A stretch of 64,000 nt of DNA from Eukaryota sp. TZLM1-RC (lineage: Eukaryota; Protista; Metamonada: BaSk clade), in the NCBI GenBank assembly GCA_040285825.1, contig JAUPSS010000005.1, forward strand, positions 558,001-622,000, written 5' to 3'. Below the pieces are notes generated by a model. It did not search any database. It was not told the DNA's origin and was given only the letters and a program-made list of their open reading frames with translations. Both the position numbers and the translations under genes were made by a program. Every line of letters begins with the position of its first letter. The stretch's first letter is position 1. Positions 33,931 through 45,469 of this stretch are shown here, piece after piece.

Positions 33931-35293
33931 TTTGTGAAAATAGATTCAACATGTTGATACGTGCTTGATTCCATGGCAACAGAATTATCCAATCAATTCT
34001 TGTCAATTCTGGTCCAAGTTGAAAGCGGAAGTCTTGAATGAAGGTATTCTAGGAAATGATATCGCTGAATCATCAGCTGACAGTCAGGTGAAAATTATAC
34101 GTGTAGTCTCCTGGAGGCCAATTATTAAAAAGGTGATGGTAATAGAGGAGGAATAGTTGTGTATGAGATAATATGTCTTTTGTGATGGTTCTTTTAATCT
34201 AGATGACCAAAAGTTTGTAAAGAAATTACAATAGTTCTTTGATTACGAAATAAATAACACTTTATTAATAAAAAGTAAACATTATTTCCTAGTAACAATA
34301 TGTGTAAAACATTGAGCCATGCTAATTTGGCTTTGAAGAGTTGTTGAAAGGATTTGTGTTTGTTCAGAGTCTTCAATGATATTGTTTTTAATTGCAGAGA
34401 CTATAAGTTTTTGTGATTTAAATAAATGTTTTGTGATATTTTTCAACACTGATGAATGGAACAATAGATTGATTGTTCAAACCATGAAATTACTAAAGAA
34501 ATTACTAAACAGTGCCATCAAATCAATCTTTTGGAGAAGAAAGAAATTCAAAAGAAATAAACAGGAGTTCATTGTCGAATCACGAACTATAAGAAACAAA
34601 GAATTCAACAAAAGTTCCATTCTTTCCTATTTCTTATAATCTCAGAGAGTACCAAAAGTAGTCGAACTATCTTGTTTGATTGAAACAACAAAAAGGATAA
34701 CTATCTTTGAATGAATAATTAATTGTATCTTGAGATATACTTTTGATATGATCAATTGGTTATAGGTTTATTAACGCATCATAACTATAAGCTTTAGATT
34801 CTGTTCACAAAAACCAAACTTACAAAGTCAATTAATTTTGGAGAAGAATTTCCTGTTACAAAGTAATTGATGATAAAGTTGCTGATATTGGAATTAGTCA
34901 GAACAAATCAATTGTAGTCCAGTATAATTTGATAAAAAACGATAATTCTTCCACCAAATTAGGATTGTGAATATAATTTCTGTGAACCTCAAGTTTCGGA
35001 AGCTGTACAGGGTGTGATTCACGTCAAGCAGGAAAACAACACTATGAATTTTATTTGTGTCAGAGCAAAAAAAGGTTCAAAAACTGCTTCAGAAACTATG
35101 GAAAAAACCAGAGCAACCCCGATATCACCTCTTTCACATCCTTTGGTTGCTTGGATGTGAGGCTTACTCGTCAACTCATCGATTGAATCTTTGATCTTGT
35201 ATTTCTTAGTGTGAGGAGGAACCTTCCACTACAAAAATGATGACGTGATTGCATCTCTTAAACCGACTGTGTACTTCGAATTCACTAACCCTC

Positions 35294-35653
35294 ATGCCTT
35301 CCCCTAATATGTATGCTCAAATTGACGATGATGTCCCTCCTGTTCCAGCTTATGAGGTGGACACGTCGCCCACTGGACAAGTCCCCAACTATGAACGCGA
35401 CAACAATGACTTTTGTGTATCCATTGTGGTTCTATTAGTCGTTTGTGTTATTCCATTCCCTCCAATTTGGCTTTACAACTTGAAGTTCTGGAATTCTTCA
35501 GATGGTAGAGCCCGTATTGTCTCCCGTATTTCTCTAGTTCTTGCCATTATTGGAATCCCTGCTTTCATTATGGTGTTAGGGAGATTGGTGGGAAGAGGAG
35601 GTCATCACAGGGATCCCCATCACGATGATCCAGACCATCCTCATCATCATTAG
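35294..35653 (+). CDS. 119-aa two-TM protein with His/Asp/Pro-rich C-tail (copy 1)
   Basis: Start MPSPNMY, two hydrophobic segments, tail HHRDPHHDDPDHPHHH and AATAAA downstream. Identical to the 58404 copy. Confidence 0.75.
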   Translation: MPSPNMYAQIDDDVPPVPAYEVDTSPTGQVPNYERDNNDFCVSIVVLLVVCVIPFPPIWLYNLKFWNSSDGRARIVSRISLVLAIIGIPAFIMVLGRLVGRGGHHRDPHHDDPDHPHHH

Positions 35654-36208
35654 ATTTGTCTTTGTTGCTTCAATAAATATGAATAGTTAGTTCTTTGTAA
35701 TTACCAAGACTAATGTTATTAGGTCAAGATATGGAAATGGGTTATTCTTTCAATTTTTGCATTAAACTCCCTCACTTATAGGCAGCAGTTTTTCTGTCAA
35801 GTCTTTGATAGTTAGGCATCAAGGGAGATCAAGACATCATTTCATGGCACTTGTGTTGACAACAAACTTGGAGTAATCTGACATTTCTATTTGGTAGATG
35901 AATGTATGATTGATCTTTTCTGTGTTGTGTTTGCAGTTTGGTCCAACTCATTTCAAAAGAATTAATCGACTTCGCTGCTCTTTTTGATATATATTTGATC
36001 GCTGCTTTACAAACACGATGCAGAATTCCTGAAATTCTAGTAGCAAATTATATATTGTGTACACCAGCAACACTGCTGCAATGCTAGAAGTTAGACCAAT
36101 TTAGCAAAAAAATTAGGCAAATTATTATATTATGACAATTTTATAAAAAAATTATAATAACTGTGATTGAAATATTGGCAAGATAAAAAAACGAAATCTC
36201 AGCACTTA

Positions 36209-37186
36209 TCAATAGTCATCAATAACAAAATTTGGGACATTGTTTTTCGATTGATACGTTATGCCTTCATCAATTCGCAGTTGTGACGCTGGTACTCTAC
36301 CAGTGACTACATTTCGAGAAAATTGATCAGCTGTAGGGCTAGATTTTGAGTCAACTTCTGATGAATTTGCACGTTGGCTCCCCTGAGTGACTGCTATTTT
36401 GACTTCCTTCCCCAGTCCCTGTCCCTCATTTGATGATTCTAAGTTACCCTGAAATAGTGGCTGGGTTGAAGGCTCTGACACAATTGGCTTCATTGCTGTA
36501 GGCAATACTGATAACGAAGAAGGATCTGACTTGAAAGCTGAAACTTTGTTCTTTTTAAATTGCTTGATCACAAACCATAATACAAATGTGAACACGATAA
36601 CTGAAATAATTACAAGGATACTTTCCACTGTGTAATTCTGTGTAGGGTCATCACTGGGGTCATCAATGGGATCATCAGTAGGATGAACTGGACAAGTTCC
36701 ATTAAGCAAACCTTCAAAATTATGAAGAACGTATAAATCCAATTCAGTTAATGTGTGATTGAAATTGAAAAAGTCTTCACATTGAATAGCAACATCTTAG
36801 AAATCAGAAAACCTGTCGCCAAAAGAAATTAAATTGAAAACTTGACCTTCAAATAGCGCTTCATGAGTGTAGTTGACTTTTAAAAAACCACCCACTTCCA
36901 GGGCTTCTTCTACGTATAATTGACCATAATTACCTTCTTCATTAGTAAAAACTAATTGAGATTCATTTGATAAGATCAAGTTGTGTCTAATATGAAGTAA
37001 AAAAGTGGGATTCAAAGTACCATCATTGACTAATGTTGCATTAACAAAACCAAAACCAGTAATGATGCTATCGTTTGAATTAAAAACCAGAGAAGAGCTC
37101 CTAATTTCACCATTTGAAAGCACCAATGATGCAGGGTATTCTAAATATAGCTCACCAAATGAATTAATAAAACCTGCATTTTGAAC
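36209..37186 (-). pseudogene. 5'-truncated duplicate of the RCC1-repeat membrane protein gene
   Basis: Matches 56873-57847. Has a CAA>TAA nonsense change at 36797 and no 5' half. Confidence 0.9.
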
Positions 37187-37690
37187 TCTGATGACAGAGG
37201 TGATGTATACTGTGATTGGATTGAGAACTCTGGAGCTGTTGTTGATTTTGTCTCATGTAATGTTGCAAATGACACTTTGGTTCAAAGAAGAAAACTTAAT
37301 CCTGTGAGTGCTCTTGAATTTAAAGCTAAAGAAAAACATAGAAAATATGATAAAGATATCGAAGAAGCTAATGCTGATAGAAATAAACCACTTGTTTTTA
37401 TTGCTTTCCCATTTTCGATAAACGGAAGACTATCAGTAGAAGCAGGAACTTTTTTGAATGATTCCCAAAAAAAATGGTCCAAAAAAAGAATGAAAAAATT
37501 TTATATCTTTTTATAAAGCTCTCGGATTCAATTTACCATTGTTAATAGATTCCCTTGGTTTTTCAATCGAATTAGAGAAGCTTTAGCTAGACATCAAGCA
37601 GATCAAGATTTTGTAGATTAAATCTTGGTTCAATGATAGTCGTCACATTAGTTATGATTTGATTTTGTCAAGTGTGTGAGTTAAACAAAA
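37179..37690 (+). mobile_element. 5'-truncated RLE retrotransposon (family A), decayed
   Basis: SDDRGDVYCDW..KAKEKHRKY; 3' UTR similar to 10875-10925. Confidence 0.88.
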
Positions 37691-37806
37691 GTTAATCTTG
37701 CTTTAATAGACTAGCTATATGAAGGTGAATTAGATCGGCCGACTCAATGTCGTTTGAACTCATTATGCTGAACTTGATTCATTTCATCATCCAGTCACAT
37801 TAGCCG

Positions 37807-38847
37807 ATGTCTTTAGATCAACTTGAACATGAAATCTCCACTTTTTGCTCCAAACTGCGGCGTAGACAGATCATAGGAGCCTATCACACTTCCATTACTG
37901 CTCTCTCCTTAGTTCAGAAATACCTCAAAACCATTCAATTCTCTGATTGGAATGTACTGCGAAAAGAGTTCATCATCTTTGGTAGACGTCTCACATCTGC
38001 TCAACCACTTGAACTTGCAATCGGAAACGTTATCCGCAGAGTCCTCTTCCTTATCCGTACATTTTCCAAAGAGCAATCAACAGTCCGTGCCTTATCTATT
38101 CTAAGTTCCACCGATCCCACGGACGACGTCTCTCCACTTACTCCACGGGGCCTTCCAAGACAGATTCATGAAACCGATTATGCCGATTTTCTAGTAAGCG
38201 TCGCTGAACTTCATGAAGAAATAACCGAAAGCTATAACGATATAAGAAAACAAGCAAAAGAACATGTGCATGGAAAGGAAACCATAATGGTCGTTGGCCA
38301 TTCTACAACAGTTTACGAATTCCTAACTTCCGTGAAGGACGCCATATGCAAAGTATACGTCGTGGAACGAGCTCCTGATTACGCTGGTCATCGCATGGCA
38401 CTTCGTCTGTCCAATCAAGGTGTTAGTTGTACAGTGGTGAAAGACGCAACTACTGCTGCGCTGTTGCCACGTGTCAACAAGGTTATTATAGGTTCTCATT
38501 CAGTTTTGGCTGATGGAGGGCTGTTGGCTCCCTCTGGTACGGGTTTAATTGCTAGATTGGCCTCTCATTTATCTATTCCAGTCATATGTGTCTGTGGTAC
38601 CTACAAACTGTCGTTTCTTTTCGTAAAAGATCAACATGTCAAGAATATGCTCCTTTCACCATCAATGTTAGTTCCTCTCGACTCAGAGGTTACTTTGTCT
38701 GATACTACAGAGGTGGTCAACCCTCTATATGAGTATGTGGATCCACGGAATGTTGATCTGTACATTACTAATATTGGTGGTCACAACCCTTCTGAAATTT
38801 ATAGACTTATTAATCAGTATTATTCGAATGAAGATCCAATTTTTTAG
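37807..38847 (+). CDS. EIF2B2: Translation initiation factor eIF2B subunit beta
   Basis: AQPLELAIGNVIRRVL, VNKVIIGSHSVLADGGL and NPLYEYV..LYITNIGGHNPS motifs. Confidence 0.92.
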   Translation: MSLDQLEHEISTFCSKLRRRQIIGAYHTSITALSLVQKYLKTIQFSDWNVLRKEFIIFGRRLTSAQPLELAIGNVIRRVLFLIRTFSKEQSTVRALSILSSTDPTDDVSPLTPRGLPRQIHETDYADFLVSVAELHEEITESYNDIRKQAKEHVHGKETIMVVGHSTTVYEFLTSVKDAICKVYVVERAPDYAGHRMALRLSNQGVSCTVVKDATTAALLPRVNKVIIGSHSVLADGGLLAPSGTGLIARLASHLSIPVICVCGTYKLSFLFVKDQHVKNMLLSPSMLVPLDSEVTLSDTTEVVNPLYEYVDPRNVDLYITNIGGHNPSEIYRLINQYYSNEDPIF

Positions 38848-39442
38848 TTTTAATCACTGCTTTTTTTCATCAAATAAATTGAGTTTGGTTTGGTTTTTGG
38901 TTCATTAGTTATTATATAGAGTTTAACTAGGAATTGTTCTGTAATTCTGAGCGTTTTTAATTTCAATTAAAGTTATTTATTAAAATAGTTTATTTTATTA
39001 TTATAGATAGTGTTGTTGAGTTTTTGATTCAACGTTCACTATAATACCAAAAGATAGTTGACAGAATGGCATTGAAAGATTGAGCCTGATCAAGCTGCCG
39101 TCAGTTTTTGGTCCAGAACAATGTGATTGAAACAAAAAATGTTGTAAAAAATGCAAATAATGACCACATAAAATAACAATAAATTGTAATTAATTGTAGT
39201 TAGAAGCAAAAAAAATGAATTTTGCACCATGTGCACTTTAATATGTTTTAAAAAGAAATGCAAAAACATTGATGCATTGAATTCAAATTGTTTAAACAAT
39301 AACCGATTTCAATTGATTCTTTTTCAAACAAATATTATCTTTTAAAAGACTTAAGACCGAAGATTTCTAATTATTTACAAAACCAAACAGCCAAAGATAC
39401 ACATTTAAAACAAACCTATGTACATTCAAAAAAAATAAAGAT

Positions 39443-39981
39443 CTACAACCCTTCGCCTTCTTCCTTCTTCTCCGGCTCTGCACTCTCCATGGCCTCCATC
39501 GCATTATTCAGAGCTTCCTCCTCTTGCTGCTCAGCCAAGCGTTTTTGCAAGAGATAATCCTCATATTCATCTATGTGTTCCTGGTATTTGAGTCCATTAA
39601 AACCAAGAAAATCTGCAAGTTTTTCACCTGCCCATTCACCAGCTGAAGTAAGTGAGTAAGAGAAAGGAACATACCATAGAGAACTTGCTCACCTGTCCAC
39701 CAAATCCAGTCCAGTATAGAGTAGCTTTGGTCTTGGTCTGGTGGGTTGGGTTGAGGATTGATGTTGGGTTCTTCAGCATTTGGTTCATCTTCCATGACCT
39801 CAATAACAGTGGATGCATCTGATATCGGCTCTGAAGTGGGTTCTGGTATGGGTTCCAAGGTGGGTTCTGAAGTGGCATGAGAAGTTGTTGGAGTAGAATG
39901 GTCCGAGAGAGGAAGTTCGACTACTGTGTCAAAGTCAGAGGTAGGTTCAATGGTTTCAATGGGTTGTTGTGACTGGCTCAT
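39443..39981 (-). CDS. FAM177-family protein; exons 39981-39675, 39642-39443 (32-nt intron 39643-39674)
   Basis: Splicing GTATGT...CTTACTTCAG gives YAGEWAGEKLADFLGFNGLKYQEHIDEYE, matching the FAM177 GEKxAxxLG..KYQ..IDEY motif. Confidence 0.75.
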
Positions 39982-40119
39982 TCCTATATCGTGTCTCAAT
40001 GAAATAATGACTATTTACTACAATGCAAAGAGGTTGATTGAAATGGAAGATTTTCCCCACCCTCAATTGTAAATTCATCATACATTACCTACAACTAATC
40101 ATCTTTACTTAATAACGAC

Positions 40120-40740
40120 ATGCCTGCTAAAAAAGGCAAGAAGGGAAAGAAGGGCAGCAAAGGAGGCAAGGGAAAGAAGGGCAAGGCCAAGGCAAAGTCA
40201 AGCTCTGCTGAAGACGTTCCAATAGGTGAAATGACAGATGCCCAAAAGCTTGTCCAAGCTACCTCACAGATACAATCCCTTCAAAAGCTACTTGCACTCA
40301 AAACAGAACAGGCTAACAAAGCCATTGCTGCACAAAATGATCTTCGTGCTCAACTACTGGCTTATCATGCTGATTTTGAGAAACAACAAGAGGATCGTTT
40401 TGATGTAACCAGCAACATGACTCGACAATACAAGTCCCTTCAAGATGAGCTGATATCGCATCTAAATAGGGTTCAAACTGAAGCCGCAGATCTAAGAGTA
40501 TGTCATTGTTGTGTTTATTAATTTTAGGATCAATTGGAAGTCCAGAAAATAGATTTTGATAATACTATTAAACAAAAAGAAGCTGCCATCGAACAAAAGG
40601 ATGCTGAAATTGCCGAGCTCAAGAAGCAGATTGATAACATGCATGTGGAGTTTGAGGAGATGCTGCAGGAAACACTAGCCCATATGAGTCAGAAGCTTAG
40701 TTCCATCCCATCTGCTTTTGATTTTGCTTTAAATGAGTAG
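40120..40740 (+). CDS. DRC12: Dynein regulatory complex subunit 12 / CCDC153-like; 30-nt intron 40498-40527
   Basis: Lys/Gly-rich N-terminus and coiled coil with NMTRQYKSLQ. Intron GTATGT..TTAATTTTAG joins the two ORFs in frame. Confidence 0.75.
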
Positions 40741-41337
40741 GGTGCGGTTAATTCTCTGTATTTAAGATACATTTGTATTTTAGTTAAATTAACATGTTTA
40801 TATTTTTGAGGGTTGAATTTATTTAAAAAACAAACAAAAATAAATTCATTTTGAATAACGCGGAAATTGTTGAAAGTTTACACACAGATTTTGGAAAACT
40901 GGTGGTGGCTGGTTCAAAATGAAAAAACTGATAGATTTCAATACAGTGATCCTCTTTAAAACCAAAAACAAGTGCTTTTGATGTAAATTCATTTGGAAAA
41001 AGCTAAACAAGCAGCTTTGAGTTTCCAATAACAAAGTTGGTGTAGATTGAATGCCTTGAAAATTGAAAGAACCAAAGAATTTTGCAAGTAAAATTGTATT
41101 TAAAAATTTCAATTTTTTTAAATTTTTTAAATGTGTAAAAAGACAAATGAATGATTTGAATTAATTGAACGATTTGAATTAATTGAAGAATGAGTTCTAG
41201 TAAGGAAAGAAAAAAAAGAAAAAAAGGAGGAAATGGACTGGTAATAAGTAGACATGTACAATTGATAGCGAATCGAATAAAGAAAAAAACATTAAAAATG
41301 ATTATTTTCTTTAAAAAAACAATTCATCGAAAACCAA

Positions 41338-43377
41338 TCAATCATCAATCAAAAGACTTCCTCTTCTTGAACTTAACCCCTTTGAACTAACTCGTGGTGA
41401 CAAAGCTGGTAAAGGTGGCAATCTTGGTGATTTCTGAATATAAACATTACTACTAGGTGATTTACTCCTGTAAATAGGAGAAACCTTGGATAAATCAACT
41501 ACACCATTAACTGGACCTAGAAAAGCTTGCAGGGAAGACAGACTTGAACTATTTTGAATTGAAATACCTGAATTGGTGATATTACCGAGTTTTTGGAAGG
41601 TCTGAATTGAATTCTTAAGAGCTTCTTCTCTTTTCTTCATCAATTGCGACCTTTTAGCTATCCAGATATCCCTAGAGGCTTCTTCCCTAAGTTTCATCCG
41701 CTTAAGAACATCTTTCACATTAGAAAAATTACTTTTAACTTCATTCTTTCTGGGAGATGAGACGACAGTAGATGATTTTGGTGACGTGTCATGACGTGGG
41801 GGTCTTGATGATTCTACATGGTTTTGGGATTTCTTCTGACCTGCTGTTTGACTGAGAGCAGATATGTGGTCCAACCGCTGATTATTTTTCTCAATTTGTT
41901 TATTAATAAAATCTTCTTCTTGATCAATTAAATTTAATTGCAATTTTGAATGATCTACATGTGCTGAGAGTGCTGGTTGAGGGTCAGAATTAGTTTGACT
42001 TTGATTGGCTACCATTGACTCAATTTCACTCATTAATTTATTAATTTCAGCATCTTTTTCGGATAATTCAGATTTTAAGTTTTCCAGCTCATCCTGCACT
42101 TTTTCAAAATCAATTACTGGCGACGTAGACCTATTTTCTGTTTCTTTGACTTCATTTAGTTTATCAAAAATGATTTTGTATTGGAAATGAAAATTTGAAA
42201 ATTTGGAAGCAACAAGATCCTTAACAAATGTCAATATTTCGATGACATCTTCATTTTGAGCTAATTCGACGGGACTTTCATTGACTTCTGGAACAGTGAG
42301 CTCTTTGCAAAAATTTAACAATTCCAAAGAAAAATTTGAAACCTTGGTAAAATCTGATTGTAAATTCTCCAATTCAGATTTGGAATCTTCCAGTTCTGAT
42401 TTTAATTGATTGAAACTTTCTAAATCAATAGATGGAATTGGAGGTTCACAATCACAATCATAATCAGCCATCAAACTGATTTCAGTCAAACTTGTAATCA
42501 TCGACTGTGATTGACTATGAGCTTCCTTTTGTTGTTCAATTTCTGATTGGAGCTCACCTAACAAAATTTTCAGCTTGTCAATTTCTGAATCACGTTTTTC
42601 GATTTCTTTTTGGCTAGTGGTTATCGCATCTTGAGCTCCTTTCAACTCCTCTGACAACTCGTCACATCTCTCCTCTGACCTCTTTTTGGAAATTTTCAGC
42701 GTGTCAATTTCTTCTGACAGCTCTTTTTCTCTATTGATAAACTCTTTACTCTTCTCTTTTAACACCAATATTTCATAACCCTGATCCAAACTAAACATAC
42801 TGATCCTTTCTAATTGCTCTCGAAAATTTTGCAATTTACTACTAAAATTTTGAATTATCGATGTGGTAGTAGTGCTATGAATGCTCCCTATTCTATTTGT
42901 ACGATCTAGCAATTCATTTTGCATAGACTTCACTAGTGAAATAACCTGCTGAGAATCAATCCCAATACTGCTGGGAGAATTACCTTTAACATTTTGGTTT
43001 TGCATTGAACTAAACCATTCCATTAGAGTTTTTGTGAGGTCGATTCTGGCATCTAGAGAGACTGAAGAATCTTGCAATGCTTGATTAACACGAGCAGAAA
43101 TGTCTAGAGCAATCTCTGATATGGAAGTAGGGGGTGTGTTGGACGGGGATGATGACGAGAAGTGGCTTGTGAGATCAGCAAGGGTGCTTTCGTTGACATT
43201 GTCAAAGGCTCCTATAGTAGCATTAACTCGATACTGGGATTCTTCTAGAATAGCTTGGCGTAGTATAAGGCTTTCAAGAACACTTGAATAGTCCATAGGT
43301 TCGAATGATCGGTCTAGTTCAACTTTTAGAGGAGCAAGCTTGTTTAGTTTGGAAGAAACATTGGATTGGTTATTCAT
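41338..43377 (-). CDS. Uncharacterised long coiled-coil protein
   Basis: 679-aa ORF with heptad-rich E/K/L segments and an S/P-rich tail. Confidence 0.75.
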   Translation of the reverse strand: MNNQSNVSSKLNKLAPLKVELDRSFEPMDYSSVLESLILRQAILEESQYRVNATIGAFDNVNESTLADLTSHFSSSSPSNTPPTSISEIALDISARVNQALQDSSVSLDARIDLTKTLMEWFSSMQNQNVKGNSPSSIGIDSQQVISLVKSMQNELLDRTNRIGSIHSTTTTSIIQNFSSKLQNFREQLERISMFSLDQGYEILVLKEKSKEFINREKELSEEIDTLKISKKRSEERCDELSEELKGAQDAITTSQKEIEKRDSEIDKLKILLGELQSEIEQQKEAHSQSQSMITSLTEISLMADYDCDCEPPIPSIDLESFNQLKSELEDSKSELENLQSDFTKVSNFSLELLNFCKELTVPEVNESPVELAQNEDVIEILTFVKDLVASKFSNFHFQYKIIFDKLNEVKETENRSTSPVIDFEKVQDELENLKSELSEKDAEINKLMSEIESMVANQSQTNSDPQPALSAHVDHSKLQLNLIDQEEDFINKQIEKNNQRLDHISALSQTAGQKKSQNHVESSRPPRHDTSPKSSTVVSSPRKNEVKSNFSNVKDVLKRMKLREEASRDIWIAKRSQLMKKREEALKNSIQTFQKLGNITNSGISIQNSSSLSSLQAFLGPVNGVVDLSKVSPIYRSKSPSSNVYIQKSPRLPPLPALSPRVSSKGLSSRRGSLLIDD

Positions 43378-43769
43378 AAATATGGATGTTGGAGGAAGGT
43401 ATTACTGTCTGTGGGAAATTCCCATAATTACGCAATCAATTTTCGTGTGGAATAATTACAAAAACTAATACACAGATACTGAGGCCTTTCATTACCACGC
43501 ATTCTAGCTTCAGCAATTTCAAACATATTCAGACAAACCAGTTTATTTCTATTGAAAAGCTTTGTTGAGCCTTTGTTGCTGAATTTACAACACTCACTGT
43601 AACAAGCCAATAAACCATAACATGTAACAAAAGGAGTCTTTTCTCTTATAAAAGATCTGGGATTTTTCTTTTTACTCCCAAAATACCATAAATCATGTTT
43701 TCTAGGATCACAAACAACAATTCGGTTGTCTTGAAAAGTATTAACATCAACATCATCAATATATAAATC

Positions 43770-44170
43770 CAATTTAAAACTCTGTTACAACACTCGGTAA
43801 TGTTATTCAAAATGGAGCAAATAGAACGAGGAAGGGCTTTCAAAAACGAAAATACAATTCCGAGCTTCCAAATCAAAATATCGAATGTACGACCACTTTC
43901 TTTGAAAAGATTTCCTAATTCATTAAAGAATTGAGAGCTTCAGTTTCAAGGGTACCAAAATTAGAAATAACAGATGGGGCAAATTTGATGTTTCTGCGTC
44001 TTACTCCATTGAGACGTAATAGAAGGACTTCGTATATAAATTTCTTGGAAAGATCTACAACTTTTAGCAAATGTTCAATGTTAGAATTGGAACTTCTGTT
44101 CCACGGAAATACCGTAGTACAATCGATAATTAGTTCAGTTCCATCATATTATGCACATTGAATATGACGT
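43770..44170 (-). mobile_element. Decayed 3' fragment of RLE retrotransposon (family D)
   Basis: QCA*YDGTELIIDCTT..KFAPSVISNFGTL..WKLGIVFS; paralog of 2790-3195. Confidence 0.7.
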
Positions 44171-44798
44171 CGTTTTTGGCTCAAATTGAAATTTATATCA
44201 ACCAACAGTGGTTGTAAACCAACTGAACGATGATTCCATCTTAACAGATCAAAAATACAATTATGAACTGCCTTGTGGATGATTGATCTATTTTGAGTAA
44301 ATTTATTTTATTTATTTTATTTATTTTATTTATTTTATTTGAGCAGGAATCAATGTGATCAAAAGAAGCACAAGCACCACATTTACATTTCATATTTGAT
44401 AAGCATTGAGAAGAGGGGTAGATTAAGTCTAATTCGCCTGACTGTCAAAGATTGAGTATCTGAAAGCAGTCCAAGATGGCGAGGAAGTTGAGTTATCGAA
44501 CATGATGAACTGATTGGGAAAACAAATCAACTTCACAAAGAAGACAGATATAATTTCAAAATAAATTTAGCCATGCTGATTTGATTGTTCAGTGATTCTG
44601 CTTCTAAATAATTAATAATCTTCTTCTGTAGTTTCGGAACAGGCTTGAAAAGTTTGGTAAACCACAAAACTTTTGCAGTCGCAAATAGAATCTCATGTAC
44701 TCACAAACAAATAGGTAAAAGATGACTAACTTACTGAAAATCCTTTGTATCCATTTTTTTTGAGAATTCCAATCAATCTCCCTGCACCTCTTTTCAAA

Positions 44799-45340
44799 AT
44801 GGATCAACATAGAGGACCTCAACCAAAGTCGAAGTTCAGCACAGTAAAGCAGCTATTTTGGAGCTCTTTCATAGCAGTCTTCCTTGTTACACAAGCAGCA
44901 TTTGTACTCAAAAGTGTTTTACATGTTCGATCATTCAGCGAGGCTCTGGAGAAGCTAGAAATAGAGGGAAGATTCCTTAGAGTAGTGTCTACCATGGCCG
45001 ATTCCACCATTTGTTTGTCCATTTCCATCTAACCACAGCACATCCAAAGTTATTTGATTCATTTGCCCTTATTGGTCTGGTTACAACATTGCTTTGGATG
45101 TCTTATGTTCTCTACAAGTTGATAAGCCTTGTAACCAAGTTTTTCAAGCTAATTCTTACAGTTCTTGCTGTGATGGCACTTGTACCCATTGTTGTATTCA
45201 TACTAATCAAGATGGAAATTATGTCTCCTGAAGACCTCAACAACCCCGCAATCAAATTCGTCAAAGACTTATTTGGTATTGTGGTCTTTGTTGTTAAAGG
45301 TGTGCTAGCTAAAGGTCTAGCCAAATTAACATGGGCTTAA
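44799..45340 (+). CDS. Small multi-pass membrane protein; 26-nt intron 45013-45038
   Basis: Intron GTTTGTCCATTTCCATCTAACCACAG joins two hydrophobic ORFs in frame. Confidence 0.72.
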
Positions 45341-45469
45341 AGCTGGTTTAATCTGTCTGTAAATCTTTTTAGAATCCCGTTTGCTTGTTATCATCTCACA
45401 TTATGTATATCTGCATTGAAACGTGAAGCACAGAATATTACATGCCAATGGCTTTTGATAAAGAAATCT

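Larger units (their letters stand above)
34319..37186. repeat. Inverted segmental duplication, copy 1 (partner 56873-59733)
   Basis: Reverse complement aligns throughout. Carries the last codons of PP2A-A, the 119-aa gene and the 3' third of the RCC1 gene. Confidence 0.95.
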
